A DNA stretch of 64,000 bases from a virus. Below the pieces are notes generated by a model, which saw only the letters and a list, made by a program, of their open reading frames with translations, searched no databases and was not told the origin of the DNA. Below are positions 1 to 8,352 of the stretch, piece by piece; within the stretch, counting starts at the first letter, position 1, and the number at the start of each line of letters is the position of its first letter. The DNA lies in the IMG/VR virus record IMGVR_UViG_3300033998_000198, positions 1 through 64,000 of that record. One strand, given 5' to 3'. The position numbers and the translations under genes were made by a program.

Positions 1-12
1 GGTTCATTCTCA

Positions 13-420
13 ATGGAAAACTTAAATGCTTTGGTTGACATGTTTACTGCACAATTATCGTTATTGCTTGTATTGGCAGGAACAGTCGAAAGGGTCACTG
101 AGTATGTAAAGTTGGGTATCACATCTTACACCAAGAAAGAGATACCAGGTTACGTAAAACAGATACTTGTACTTGCAGTCAGTATTCTGTTTTGTCTGAT
201 AACCGAAACGCAGTTCAATGTTGGACTTAAAGTTCCACCGTATGTGAATGAAGTTATCGCCGGTATATTGATCTCTTTCGGTAGTGATACACTCCATTCT
301 TTGCTGAACGTTATAAAATCCATTAAGGATACGAACGAAGCAAAGACAGCCAACATAACATCCTCAACTACTATACTTGTAGATCCCAGTATTAACAATG
401 ACAACAATGCAGTAGGTTAA
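13..420 (+). CDS. Holin-like small membrane protein
   Basis: 135 aa with 2-3 hydrophobic segments and the pattern 'LAGTVERVTEYVK...GILISFGSDTLHSLL', which resembles small phage membrane proteins/holins; polar C-tail. Confidence 0.5.
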   Translation: MENLNALVDMFTAQLSLLLVLAGTVERVTEYVKLGITSYTKKEIPGYVKQILVLAVSILFCLITETQFNVGLKVPPYVNEVIAGILISFGSDTLHSLLNVIKSIKDTNEAKTANITSSTTILVDPSINNDNNAVG

Positions 421-432
421 GAGAAGGAGTGA

Positions 433-2334
433 GTGAGGGTAATGGGAGTTAAAGTATGGGCTGCAAGAAAACTTTATAATATATTGGTACAAGACGCTCC
501 CGCACCTTCCACTAAGACTGCTTCAAGTGGGTCCGGCAAGGCAAGGGACCTGGTAAAGGGGATTATTAAGAGGTTAGGGTTAAGAACCGGAGAAGCGTCG
601 AATGATTTTGAACCTCCCGAAGATGATTTCTCCGGTATAACCGCCGGATATGCTGCGGATTCGTACATACGTCAAGGCGTGGATAAATACGTAGACCAGA
701 TGTTCAAAGAGGGCTACGAGATATTCGGAAAGAACCAGGAAGCCGTCGATTATCTTAAATTAAGGCTGGCATTCATTGCTGAAGGAACCGGTATTCCTAC
801 CGGACAGCTTCTCCAGGATATTGCAGAAGACATCGTAAAATACTCGAATGCGATCATAGCAAAAGCAAGGATGACAGATCCTGCACAGCTTCCTCCTGGA
901 ATCAAGGTTCAAGGTCTTTACGGATTACAACCCGTAGTCGGATATTTCCCTTTGAATGTCACCACAATGTATGTCAAACGTGACAAAAACGGAACGGTCA
1001 AGGGATGGCAACAGCAATCCTCAAGTGGAAGTGGTACTGTAAACTTTAAGACAACAGACATAATACATATTTGGTACAAGAGGCAAAAAGGAAATGCGTT
1101 CGGAACACCTTTCTTGCTGCCTGTTTTGGATGATGTAAGGGCATTGAGACAAGCGGAAGAAAATGTGTTAAGATTAATGTATAGAAGCATATATCCTTTT
1201 TATCATATTGCAGTCGGTACTGACGAAGAACCCGGCCGCCCAGAAGAAGTAAAAGAAGTACAAGAAACAGTAAACAACATGGATGTTGAAGGTGGTATCG
1301 CAACAACCAACCGTGTTACCATAAAACCGATTGCAAGCGACCAAGTAATCAATGCTGAACCATACCTAAAATACTTTGAAGAAAGGGTATTTTCAGGAAT
1401 GGGAATACCTGCTATAATGTTTGGTAGAGGGAATACCGCTAATAGGAACACCGGGGATAATATGACAACCGAGATGGGTGACAGGGTTAGGGCTATGCAG
1501 TCAACCATCGAGATGTTTGTTACAGAGTTTATGTTCAAAGAACTGTTAATGGAAGGCGGATACGACCCTGTAATGAATCCTGATGATAGAGTCGAATTGG
1601 TGTTCCATGAAAATGATGTTGATAGACAAATTAAAGCCGAGACTCATGCTATATATCAGTATGAGCATAACGCAATTACTGAAGACGAAATGCGTAGTTT
1701 GCTTGGACGTGATCCTATTACAGACAGGGCACGTATGTATCTGCAACTTGTTGAGATACCTAAGGTTGAAGCTCAGGCTCAGGCTGATATAACTGTAGCT
1801 AAAGCTACAGGAAAGACAACAACCGGTACGTCAAGTAAATCTACTGAAGGAACGTCCGCAACTAAGGGGACAAAGGAAACCAACAATAAACAAAAACCTA
1901 CTAACCAATATGGCACCAAAATGTCACCTAAGAAGCAGACGAACCAACAGTACGAGCGTCTGATAGCTGATAGATACCAGATTTTACGTTACGCTATTGA
2001 CGACCTTCTTACCGCATACAATGCCTCGAAGGACCAAGCAAATATTGCTGGTGTCGCACAAGCTATCAAGAACACTTGTAAATATATTTACCAGATAAAC
2101 GACGAAATATACGGTGAAAATGGTGAAATTTCAAAAATATATTACACCAGGTTGTTCAAACAATTACACGACGACATTATGGAATACATAGCGGCTACAC
2201 ACGATATCCAGGAAGCTAAACACTTAATCAGCACAACCCTTGATATCTTTGAAGATAAACTTCATCTTATAGCAAGCAACACCAAACTTTTTGAAGGAAA
2301 GGAGGGCCAAGTTGATGAAGCACATACTGACTGA
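433..2334 (+). CDS. Portal protein
   Basis: 633 aa; portal-like segments 'IIHIWYK...NAFGTPFLLPVLDDVRALRQAEE', 'FSGMGIPAIMFG' and 'AITEDEMRSLLGRDPI'; sits directly before protease and capsid genes. Start may be GTG433 or ATG442. Confidence 0.85.
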   Translation: MRVMGVKVWAARKLYNILVQDAPAPSTKTASSGSGKARDLVKGIIKRLGLRTGEASNDFEPPEDDFSGITAGYAADSYIRQGVDKYVDQMFKEGYEIFGKNQEAVDYLKLRLAFIAEGTGIPTGQLLQDIAEDIVKYSNAIIAKARMTDPAQLPPGIKVQGLYGLQPVVGYFPLNVTTMYVKRDKNGTVKGWQQQSSSGSGTVNFKTTDIIHIWYKRQKGNAFGTPFLLPVLDDVRALRQAEENVLRLMYRSIYPFYHIAVGTDEEPGRPEEVKEVQETVNNMDVEGGIATTNRVTIKPIASDQVINAEPYLKYFEERVFSGMGIPAIMFGRGNTANRNTGDNMTTEMGDRVRAMQSTIEMFVTEFMFKELLMEGGYDPVMNPDDRVELVFHENDVDRQIKAETHAIYQYEHNAITEDEMRSLLGRDPITDRARMYLQLVEIPKVEAQAQADITVAKATGKTTTGTSSKSTEGTSATKGTKETNNKQKPTNQYGTKMSPKKQTNQQYERLIADRYQILRYAIDDLLTAYNASKDQANIAGVAQAIKNTCKYIYQINDEIYGENGEISKIYYTRLFKQLHDDIMEYIAATHDIQEAKHLISTTLDIFEDKLHLIASNTKLFEGKEGQVDEAHTD

Positions 2335-3874
2335 CGCTAATGGCAAAACCTTTGAGGTTACTCTCGATCAGCTTCGGGACATGACTTCTGAATTTGCTCC
2401 CGTAGTCGAAAGCGGCGAAGCCAAACCTAACTTCAAGATTTCAGTCAAAGATGCAGACGGCAATGACTTGGATATTGCAAAGATAGCTGATGAAGCTAAG
2501 GCTGATCCGAAGAAAATTCCGGCAGCTATTGACGTAACATTCGAAGCAACACATTCTGGTCAGAACCGAAATAATGTAGTATATCATTCAGATTCAATGG
2601 AGAAGGATGCGGAATCATGGATGAACCCATTTCCAAAACCTCTTATTAAGAATCATGATATATATGAAGAACCAATGGGGCGTGTAATCAGTTACATGTT
2701 CAAAAGGTCCAGCCTTAATCCTGAAAGGGATTGTATCGAAGTAACCTGGAGAGTAACAGACCAGGATGCGATACCAAAGTTCCTCGATGGTAGGTATAGT
2801 ACCATGTCAATCGGAGCGTCCGGTAACCATATAAGCTGCGGTATATGCGGCAAGGACATTCTGAAAGACGGTAAAGTAACATTCTGCGGCCACTGGAAGG
2901 GTGAAGTGTATAACGGACAGAAATGCCTGTGGAATGTTAGAGATATGGAGTACAAAGAAGGCTCCGTCGTAAACGTACCTGCTGACGACTGGGCACAGAA
3001 GACCAACGTTAAAGTAGTTGATCAGAAAGATAGCCAGCAGTCTGATAGCGGGAAAGGAGGTAATCAAATGGATCAATTGAAGGATAAGAGCCAGGAAGGC
3101 GATCTCTTTAACCAGATCGATAACCTTACTGCACCTGAAGCTGATGGCGACCAAACCGAAACTCCACCCGTTGCAGACGGAGACCAGACAGATAAAGGCA
3201 CTGAAAGCAATGATGGTGAAGGCGAAGGAGAAGCCGCAGGAGACGAAGCTGATGGCCAGGATGGCGATGGAGAAGACGTTCAAAAGGACGAAGAACTCGA
3301 AGCTATTAAGGCCGAAAGAGATAGGCTCAAAGCTGAAAATGAAACCTTGAGAGCTGACAATCAGAATTTAACAAATCAGTTGAATGCTGCAAATGACAGA
3401 ATCAAGGAACTTGAGAAGCAGCTTAGTGATGCTAAGGAATCCGAAGACGCTCTCAAGGAAGAAATTAAAGTGGCAGACGAGGAAGCGAAAGCAAATCGCA
3501 AACAGAGCATACAGCTCGCCATGATGAATAAGGACCTGTTAGCACAAAGAGTGGTCGACCATAAGATATTCTTAGGTGAGGCCCAACAGGAAGACAGGGA
3601 AACTTTGGTTGCTGAACTCAAAACCAAATCAGCCAAAGAGTTAAGTGATTCAATAGCAACACTGTCAGCCAAGAAGATTATGAGGCAACCTGCAAGCGTT
3701 AATTCCCCTGGATTGCCAAATCAGGACGACAAACATGTCGTTATTGATGACGACAATCATGGTGATAATAACAAAATACCAAAGGAGCCAACAATGGCCG
3801 ATTTTACAGAAACAGTGATCGATGCACTGACATCGAACAAACGTTTCTCATATAATGACAAGGAGGAATTCTAA
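2315..3874 (+). CDS. Prohead protease with C-terminal scaffold region
   Basis: HK97-type protease motifs 'ATHSG..NRN', 'KPLIKNHD..EEPMGRV', 'GRYSTMSIG' and 'EGSVVNVPAD', a CxxC...CxH Zn ribbon, then an acidic and coiled-coil tail. Start moved to ATG2315 behind AAGGAGG. Confidence 0.85.
   Translation: MKHILTDANGKTFEVTLDQLRDMTSEFAPVVESGEAKPNFKISVKDADGNDLDIAKIADEAKADPKKIPAAIDVTFEATHSGQNRNNVVYHSDSMEKDAESWMNPFPKPLIKNHDIYEEPMGRVISYMFKRSSLNPERDCIEVTWRVTDQDAIPKFLDGRYSTMSIGASGNHISCGICGKDILKDGKVTFCGHWKGEVYNGQKCLWNVRDMEYKEGSVVNVPADDWAQKTNVKVVDQKDSQQSDSGKGGNQMDQLKDKSQEGDLFNQIDNLTAPEADGDQTETPPVADGDQTDKGTESNDGEGEGEAAGDEADGQDGDGEDVQKDEELEAIKAERDRLKAENETLRADNQNLTNQLNAANDRIKELEKQLSDAKESEDALKEEIKVADEEAKANRKQSIQLAMMNKDLLAQRVVDHKIFLGEAQQEDRETLVAELKTKSAKELSDSIATLSAKKIMRQPASVNSPGLPNQDDKHVVIDDDNHGDNNKIPKEPTMADFTETVIDALTSNKRFSYNDKEEF
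3068..3874 (+). CDS. Probable scaffolding protein from an internal in-frame start of the protease gene
   Basis: AAAGGAGGT at 3053-3061, then an in-frame ATG at 3068 (MDQLKDK) exactly at the protease/acidic-coil boundary. Confidence 0.65.
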   Translation: MDQLKDKSQEGDLFNQIDNLTAPEADGDQTETPPVADGDQTDKGTESNDGEGEGEAAGDEADGQDGDGEDVQKDEELEAIKAERDRLKAENETLRADNQNLTNQLNAANDRIKELEKQLSDAKESEDALKEEIKVADEEAKANRKQSIQLAMMNKDLLAQRVVDHKIFLGEAQQEDRETLVAELKTKSAKELSDSIATLSAKKIMRQPASVNSPGLPNQDDKHVVIDDDNHGDNNKIPKEPTMADFTETVIDALTSNKRFSYNDKEEF

Positions 3875-3875
3875 G

Positions 3876-5075
3876 ATGGCACTTTTTGAAGGATTGAAAA
3901 GACAAGAAGGTAGCAGAAGCCATACCGCCCTGGTTAAATCGGGCCATATGTCTCCTGCGGAATACTGGATCTTGGACCCTAAGTTCAAAGATCCCACAAT
4001 GTCCAGCGTATTCAGAGATGGCGTACTCTTTGAGTATCAGTACGGCGGAGCTGGAATGACTGAAGTAGTTATTCCTAAAGGTAGGGTCGTTGGTGTAACC
4101 AACCCGACAAAAGACTTCACAACCAAGAAATTTGTGAACGTAATGACTTTACCTGGTTTGGCTAACGGTGCCAATACAATTGGTATGGTTCCTTACAATA
4201 TCACAAAGAACTGGTTCCAGGAAGACAAATTTGGTGGCAACCAGCCATCAATTATCACTCTTGACTATGTAGAACTTCCTTACATACCTTCAGTTGCTGC
4301 TGACTCTCGTTATGATGTTTCCGGCGTTCTTGCTGAAGAAATGGCACTTTCAGTTAACCTCAAGAATCCATGGGGAGCAGTAATCGGTGAAGGTCTCAAG
4401 TGTGGTGACTATGTAAAGGCAACTCCTTCTGGCCGTCTCACTAAATGGGACAAAGCTACAGATTCACCTATGGATGTTGTTGGTCAGATCCTCGCACAGG
4501 ACTTCAACAGCGAACCTTGGGGCTGGATGAAGTGGGTAATGTGGGATGATTCCCAGAAGTTCCAGGACGACGTTTATGTTAACAAGTCCGGATCAAGCAA
4601 CCTACCTTCTGATGCAGGATATCCTTTCGACCCGGCATACAGAGCCGGTACAAGAGAAATGGACGGCTACCTCAGCCAGTTCACAACCAATCCTACCGGT
4701 ATCCCTGGACTGCATGACGGTTCTGGTAACTATACTGGATATGGAAAGAACGACACAGAATTCAAGGATATGGTCCTTGGAGCTGTCCCTACCGGAGTTG
4801 CTGATGACATTGTACTGACTTACCAGGCAAAAGACTATGCTGGCGGTAATCTTACAAAACTCCAAAATGGCGTTGTTGTTAAGATTGATGGTGTTGAGGT
4901 TGATCCTACCAGAATCACTATTGACTACGTAAGAGGTTTAATCAGCATTAAGCATATAGCTGCTGATGCAGGCAAAGTTGTAACAGCAACTTACAAAGCG
5001 TTCATGTACGGTACTCCTACAGAGTGGGACTTCAAAGGTGTTGTAGGAGCGTTCAGGATTCTGCTCAAGAAATAA
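3876..5075 (+). CDS. Head decoration/cement-like structural protein
   Basis: Between scaffold and capsid genes; beta-rich; C-terminal small beta domain (VVVKIDG...ITIDYVRGLISI). Start moved to ATG3876 behind AAGGAGG. Confidence 0.55.
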   Translation: MALFEGLKRQEGSRSHTALVKSGHMSPAEYWILDPKFKDPTMSSVFRDGVLFEYQYGGAGMTEVVIPKGRVVGVTNPTKDFTTKKFVNVMTLPGLANGANTIGMVPYNITKNWFQEDKFGGNQPSIITLDYVELPYIPSVAADSRYDVSGVLAEEMALSVNLKNPWGAVIGEGLKCGDYVKATPSGRLTKWDKATDSPMDVVGQILAQDFNSEPWGWMKWVMWDDSQKFQDDVYVNKSGSSNLPSDAGYPFDPAYRAGTREMDGYLSQFTTNPTGIPGLHDGSGNYTGYGKNDTEFKDMVLGAVPTGVADDIVLTYQAKDYAGGNLTKLQNGVVVKIDGVEVDPTRITIDYVRGLISIKHIAADAGKVVTATYKAFMYGTPTEWDFKGVVGAFRILLKK

Positions 5076-5093
5076 TAACGTGAGATGTAAGAC

Positions 5094-5110
5094 GGGGGAT
5101 CGAATCCCCC
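5094..5110 (+). other. Intergenic GC-rich hairpin upstream of the capsid gene
   Basis: GGGGGAT-CGA-ATCCCCC perfect inverted repeat; no U-tract follows. Confidence 0.6.
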
Positions 5111-5140
5111 TCTACAGCAATCTAAGGAGGATAAACGCTC

Positions 5141-6340
5141 ATGAAGATATTGGATCAAATCAAAGAACAGGAAAAGCTCATCCAGGACAGAGTTCAGGAA
5201 AAGATGAAGAACGGCAAAGCGTCCGAAATCACTGATGCTGAAGCAGCTCTGTATAAATTGACGGATGAGGATAAAGAAGTAATGGAAGTGTTTAAGAAGA
5301 TCGCCGATGGTATCGACGTTCCCGGCTTCTCATTCAAAGACTTCCTCGCTACTCCACAGGCTTCCATATTGATTCCGAGAGTAATTATCGGAACAATGAG
5401 GAAAGCAGCAGAGCCTATGTATCTCGCTTCTCAGTTCTACAAGAGAATCAGGCTCAAACAGGGTAATGCAATTATGTTCCCGTCCATCGGCGTTATGAAA
5501 GCTCATGACGTAGCCGAAGGTCAGGAAATCCCACAGGAAACCATCGACTGGCAGCTCCACAAATCATCCTTGATTAAGGTTGGTAAGTCTGGAGTTAGAA
5601 TCCAGGTTACAGACGACCTTATCAGGGACGCTGAGTGGGATATCGTTGGAATGCTTCTACAGGAAGCAGGCCGTGCAATGGCAAGGCACAAAGAACAGAA
5701 AGCATTTGTTGAATGGCTTATGCATGGTTGGACAGTGTTCGACAATGCTCTGTACAGACAGAATCCAACTGTTTATAAAGAAGCTCGCACAACCGGCGTT
5801 GACTTCAAGGGGGATTACAATGATACCATGAGTATTGATGACTTCCTCGACCTCATCATCGCTGTATACAATAACGAGTACACTCCTACCGATTTGGTTA
5901 TGCATCCTCTTGCATGGACTGTATTCGCAAAGAATGGTCTGACTGGCAGCCTGGCTGCTCCTATGGACAGAGATGCCAAGAGAGAAACTCCTACAGCTTC
6001 ATTCAAGCTCGGACCTGAAAGCATTCAGGGCAGAATCCCGTTTGCATTTAATGTAAACCTCAGCCCGTTTGCTCCTATCGACAAGATCAACAAGACATTC
6101 GATATGTTCTGTGTAGACAGAAACAATGTCGGTGTTCTGATTGTACAGGACGACCTCAAGACTGAGGAATTCAGAGATCCTGCTCGTGATATCAGAAACG
6201 TGAAGATTGTAGAAAGATACGGCTACGGTACATACAACGAAGGTCGTGCAATTTGTTCTGCGAAGAACATCAGCATGGCTAAGAGCTGGCCGATGCCTGA
6301 AAGGTATATTGCTGTTGATATGCCTACACCTACTCCGTAA
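5141..6340 (+). CDS. Major capsid protein (HK97 fold)
   Basis: 399 aa; 'LIPRVI...AAEP', 'VAEGQEIP', 'KVGKSGVRIQVTDDLIRDAEWDIVGMLLQEAGRAMARHKE' and 'VERYGYG'; position after protease/scaffold; RBS AAGGAGG. Confidence 0.9.
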   Translation: MKILDQIKEQEKLIQDRVQEKMKNGKASEITDAEAALYKLTDEDKEVMEVFKKIADGIDVPGFSFKDFLATPQASILIPRVIIGTMRKAAEPMYLASQFYKRIRLKQGNAIMFPSIGVMKAHDVAEGQEIPQETIDWQLHKSSLIKVGKSGVRIQVTDDLIRDAEWDIVGMLLQEAGRAMARHKEQKAFVEWLMHGWTVFDNALYRQNPTVYKEARTTGVDFKGDYNDTMSIDDFLDLIIAVYNNEYTPTDLVMHPLAWTVFAKNGLTGSLAAPMDRDAKRETPTASFKLGPESIQGRIPFAFNVNLSPFAPIDKINKTFDMFCVDRNNVGVLIVQDDLKTEEFRDPARDIRNVKIVERYGYGTYNEGRAICSAKNISMAKSWPMPERYIAVDMPTPTP

Positions 6341-6366
6341 TGATAACCGATAAGGGGGATAAGTAA

Positions 6367-6852
6367 ATGACCAGTTTCAGATTAGGACTTAATAGAGGGT
6401 CCAGTAACTATAGTTTCTTTGATCCCGAGTCTGGAGTTAGCTTATCCATTGGAAATCCGGTTGGTTTTGCCAACCGGATAACTCCAATGATATTGAGAGG
6501 TTTGAAGTACAAAACGATTATTGACCTCGATAATGTCATAGACTTGTCGACAGGCAACTTCAAGACGGCTCAGGAAACTATTACACCTGCTAATGCAGCA
6601 GTACCGCCAGCGGAACCTCAAAAGGATAAAATCCCAAACGAGGAACCGCCGAAGTCAGATGCTACAGAACAGTCGGCTTCGGCAGAATCCAAGGCTCCAG
6701 AAGCTACAGTTGAAACACCTACAGAAGCTCCTGCTGATGAAACTCCGGAAGTTTCAGTAGAGACTGAAGCAACAACTCCTGCTGTAGAAGAAAAGGCGGG
6801 AAATGACGGTGAAGAAAAGAAGACCACTACCAAAAACTCCAAGAAGAAATAA
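6367..6852 (+). CDS. Virion-associated hypothetical protein with an acidic Pro/Ala/Glu low-complexity tail
   Basis: 161 aa right after the capsid gene; ~65-aa folded N-terminus, then ETP/EAP-rich disorder. Confidence 0.5.
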   Translation: MTSFRLGLNRGSSNYSFFDPESGVSLSIGNPVGFANRITPMILRGLKYKTIIDLDNVIDLSTGNFKTAQETITPANAAVPPAEPQKDKIPNEEPPKSDATEQSASAESKAPEATVETPTEAPADETPEVSVETEATTPAVEEKAGNDGEEKKTTTKNSKKK

Positions 6853-6863
6853 GGTGAATTCGA

Positions 6864-7871
6864 GTGAATAACAATCTTGTGCTTTATGGATTAGATGTAA
6901 TACAGATAACTCCAAATCCGTTTCAGCCTGATGTAAATGTCAATACTGCAATCAGGTTGGTCTTTAATGGTGAGCTGAATGAGAATACTGTCTTCGGCAA
7001 TATTTTCATTCTGGAGGACCCTGCACACATCTATAAGGGCGATAAGATAATCGATACCACCAAATATCTTCAGGTAAATGGCAGCCTGGTCTGTGGCGAT
7101 AAAGTAGTGTTGTTCACTCCCGAAAAACCTTTGAACAAGGGTAGCCAATACATTGTGTATATACCTGCCCGCTCAATCAAGGATATACTCGGGAAGACGC
7201 TGGAGTTGGATTATGTATCGTATTTCACCACACAGACTGAAGCAAGCCTGCCTCCATGTGAAATCGTATTTCCGACCCCGTCGCTTGTTATTGACAAAAT
7301 AAATGGCATCGTGTGGAAATCACAGAATGCCAGCACATATATCATAGAGATATCGAAGTTTAAGACCTTCGAACATCTTGTGATAAATGAAATGCTTATA
7401 GATCCTTTGTCCGACTCAGATGGAAATGTGTCATTTGACATATCAAACATCAATCTGGCAGAAGGATTGTATTATGTTAGGGTAAGGGCCCTTAACGGAG
7501 CGTTTGGTGAACCGACAATGTTCTTTATCAAGGATCATGAGAGGCTCCCTGTTTCACAAGACGATTCTGAAATAGTAGACATTGCGGAAGAAATACCGGA
7601 CGAAATTGAAGTTCTGGAATTCTTTCCGGAAGACGGATTCTCCAATGTAGCCCTAAACCTTAAAACTATATATGTACGGCTGAACAGAATTCTTACAACC
7701 GAAGAATCGAACTCAATTATCTGTTCTGTTTCAAGCACTTATTCCGATGAAAGTGATTCTGACAACACAGAGGTTAAGGTTCACGGCGAAGTTCGTGGCG
7801 TATGGACAGTAATAAACGACTCTGTATTAAATGAGAGTTACATAGTATTCACGCCGGATAAATTGGCTTAG
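6864..7871 (+). CDS. Ig-like (SbsA/Big_5-type) domain structural protein
   Basis: 'P...DVNVNTAIRLVFNGELNENTV...VLFTPEKPLNKGSQYIVYIP...IKDILGKTLELDYVSYFTT' is the Big_5 pattern; a second, partial copy is at the C-terminus. Confidence 0.7.
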   Translation: MNNNLVLYGLDVIQITPNPFQPDVNVNTAIRLVFNGELNENTVFGNIFILEDPAHIYKGDKIIDTTKYLQVNGSLVCGDKVVLFTPEKPLNKGSQYIVYIPARSIKDILGKTLELDYVSYFTTQTEASLPPCEIVFPTPSLVIDKINGIVWKSQNASTYIIEISKFKTFEHLVINEMLIDPLSDSDGNVSFDISNINLAEGLYYVRVRALNGAFGEPTMFFIKDHERLPVSQDDSEIVDIAEEIPDEIEVLEFFPEDGFSNVALNLKTIYVRLNRILTTEESNSIICSVSSTYSDESDSDNTEVKVHGEVRGVWTVINDSVLNESYIVFTPDKLA

Positions 7872-7883
7872 GGAGGGATTTTA

Positions 7884-8348
7884 GTGGGTGTTAACGTAAG
7901 TTATAACGCCGGTGGTACTATTGATACCATTGGTGAAATTAAAAGGATACACTTTCCCGAAGCCATGTTCCCTGATGCAGATACGGCCAGGATGAAGGGA
8001 TTCAGACTTGACATACCTGCCGGGGTGACCGCTCCTCAGACCGTCGAGACAACTTTTACAATGGACATCTATCTTGTAGATATCGGTGTCGCATGTAGTG
8101 GATATAACGACGGAGATTACTGGGAACTCGAACTGGTAACAGTAAACGGAACCGACGAGCAAACCGAAAAGATGTGCGAAACAATGTATACTAAGGAGCT
8201 ACCGGAGAACATTGCAATAGGGAATTCTCTAAACTTGGCACAGAAGATTCCAGCAGGAACAAAGATTCGGTTCGTATTTTACAATATCAGCGGCACATCC
8301 AAAAAGGTATGGCCGACAATGAGGTATTTATTCAAGAAGGAGGGCTAA
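7884..8348 (+). CDS. Hypothetical virion protein (beta-sandwich-like)
   Basis: 154-aa ORF with RBS in the structural operon. Confidence 0.45.
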   Translation: MGVNVSYNAGGTIDTIGEIKRIHFPEAMFPDADTARMKGFRLDIPAGVTAPQTVETTFTMDIYLVDIGVACSGYNDGDYWELELVTVNGTDEQTEKMCETMYTKELPENIAIGNSLNLAQKIPAGTKIRFVFYNISGTSKKVWPTMRYLFKKEG

Positions 8349-8352
8349 GATA

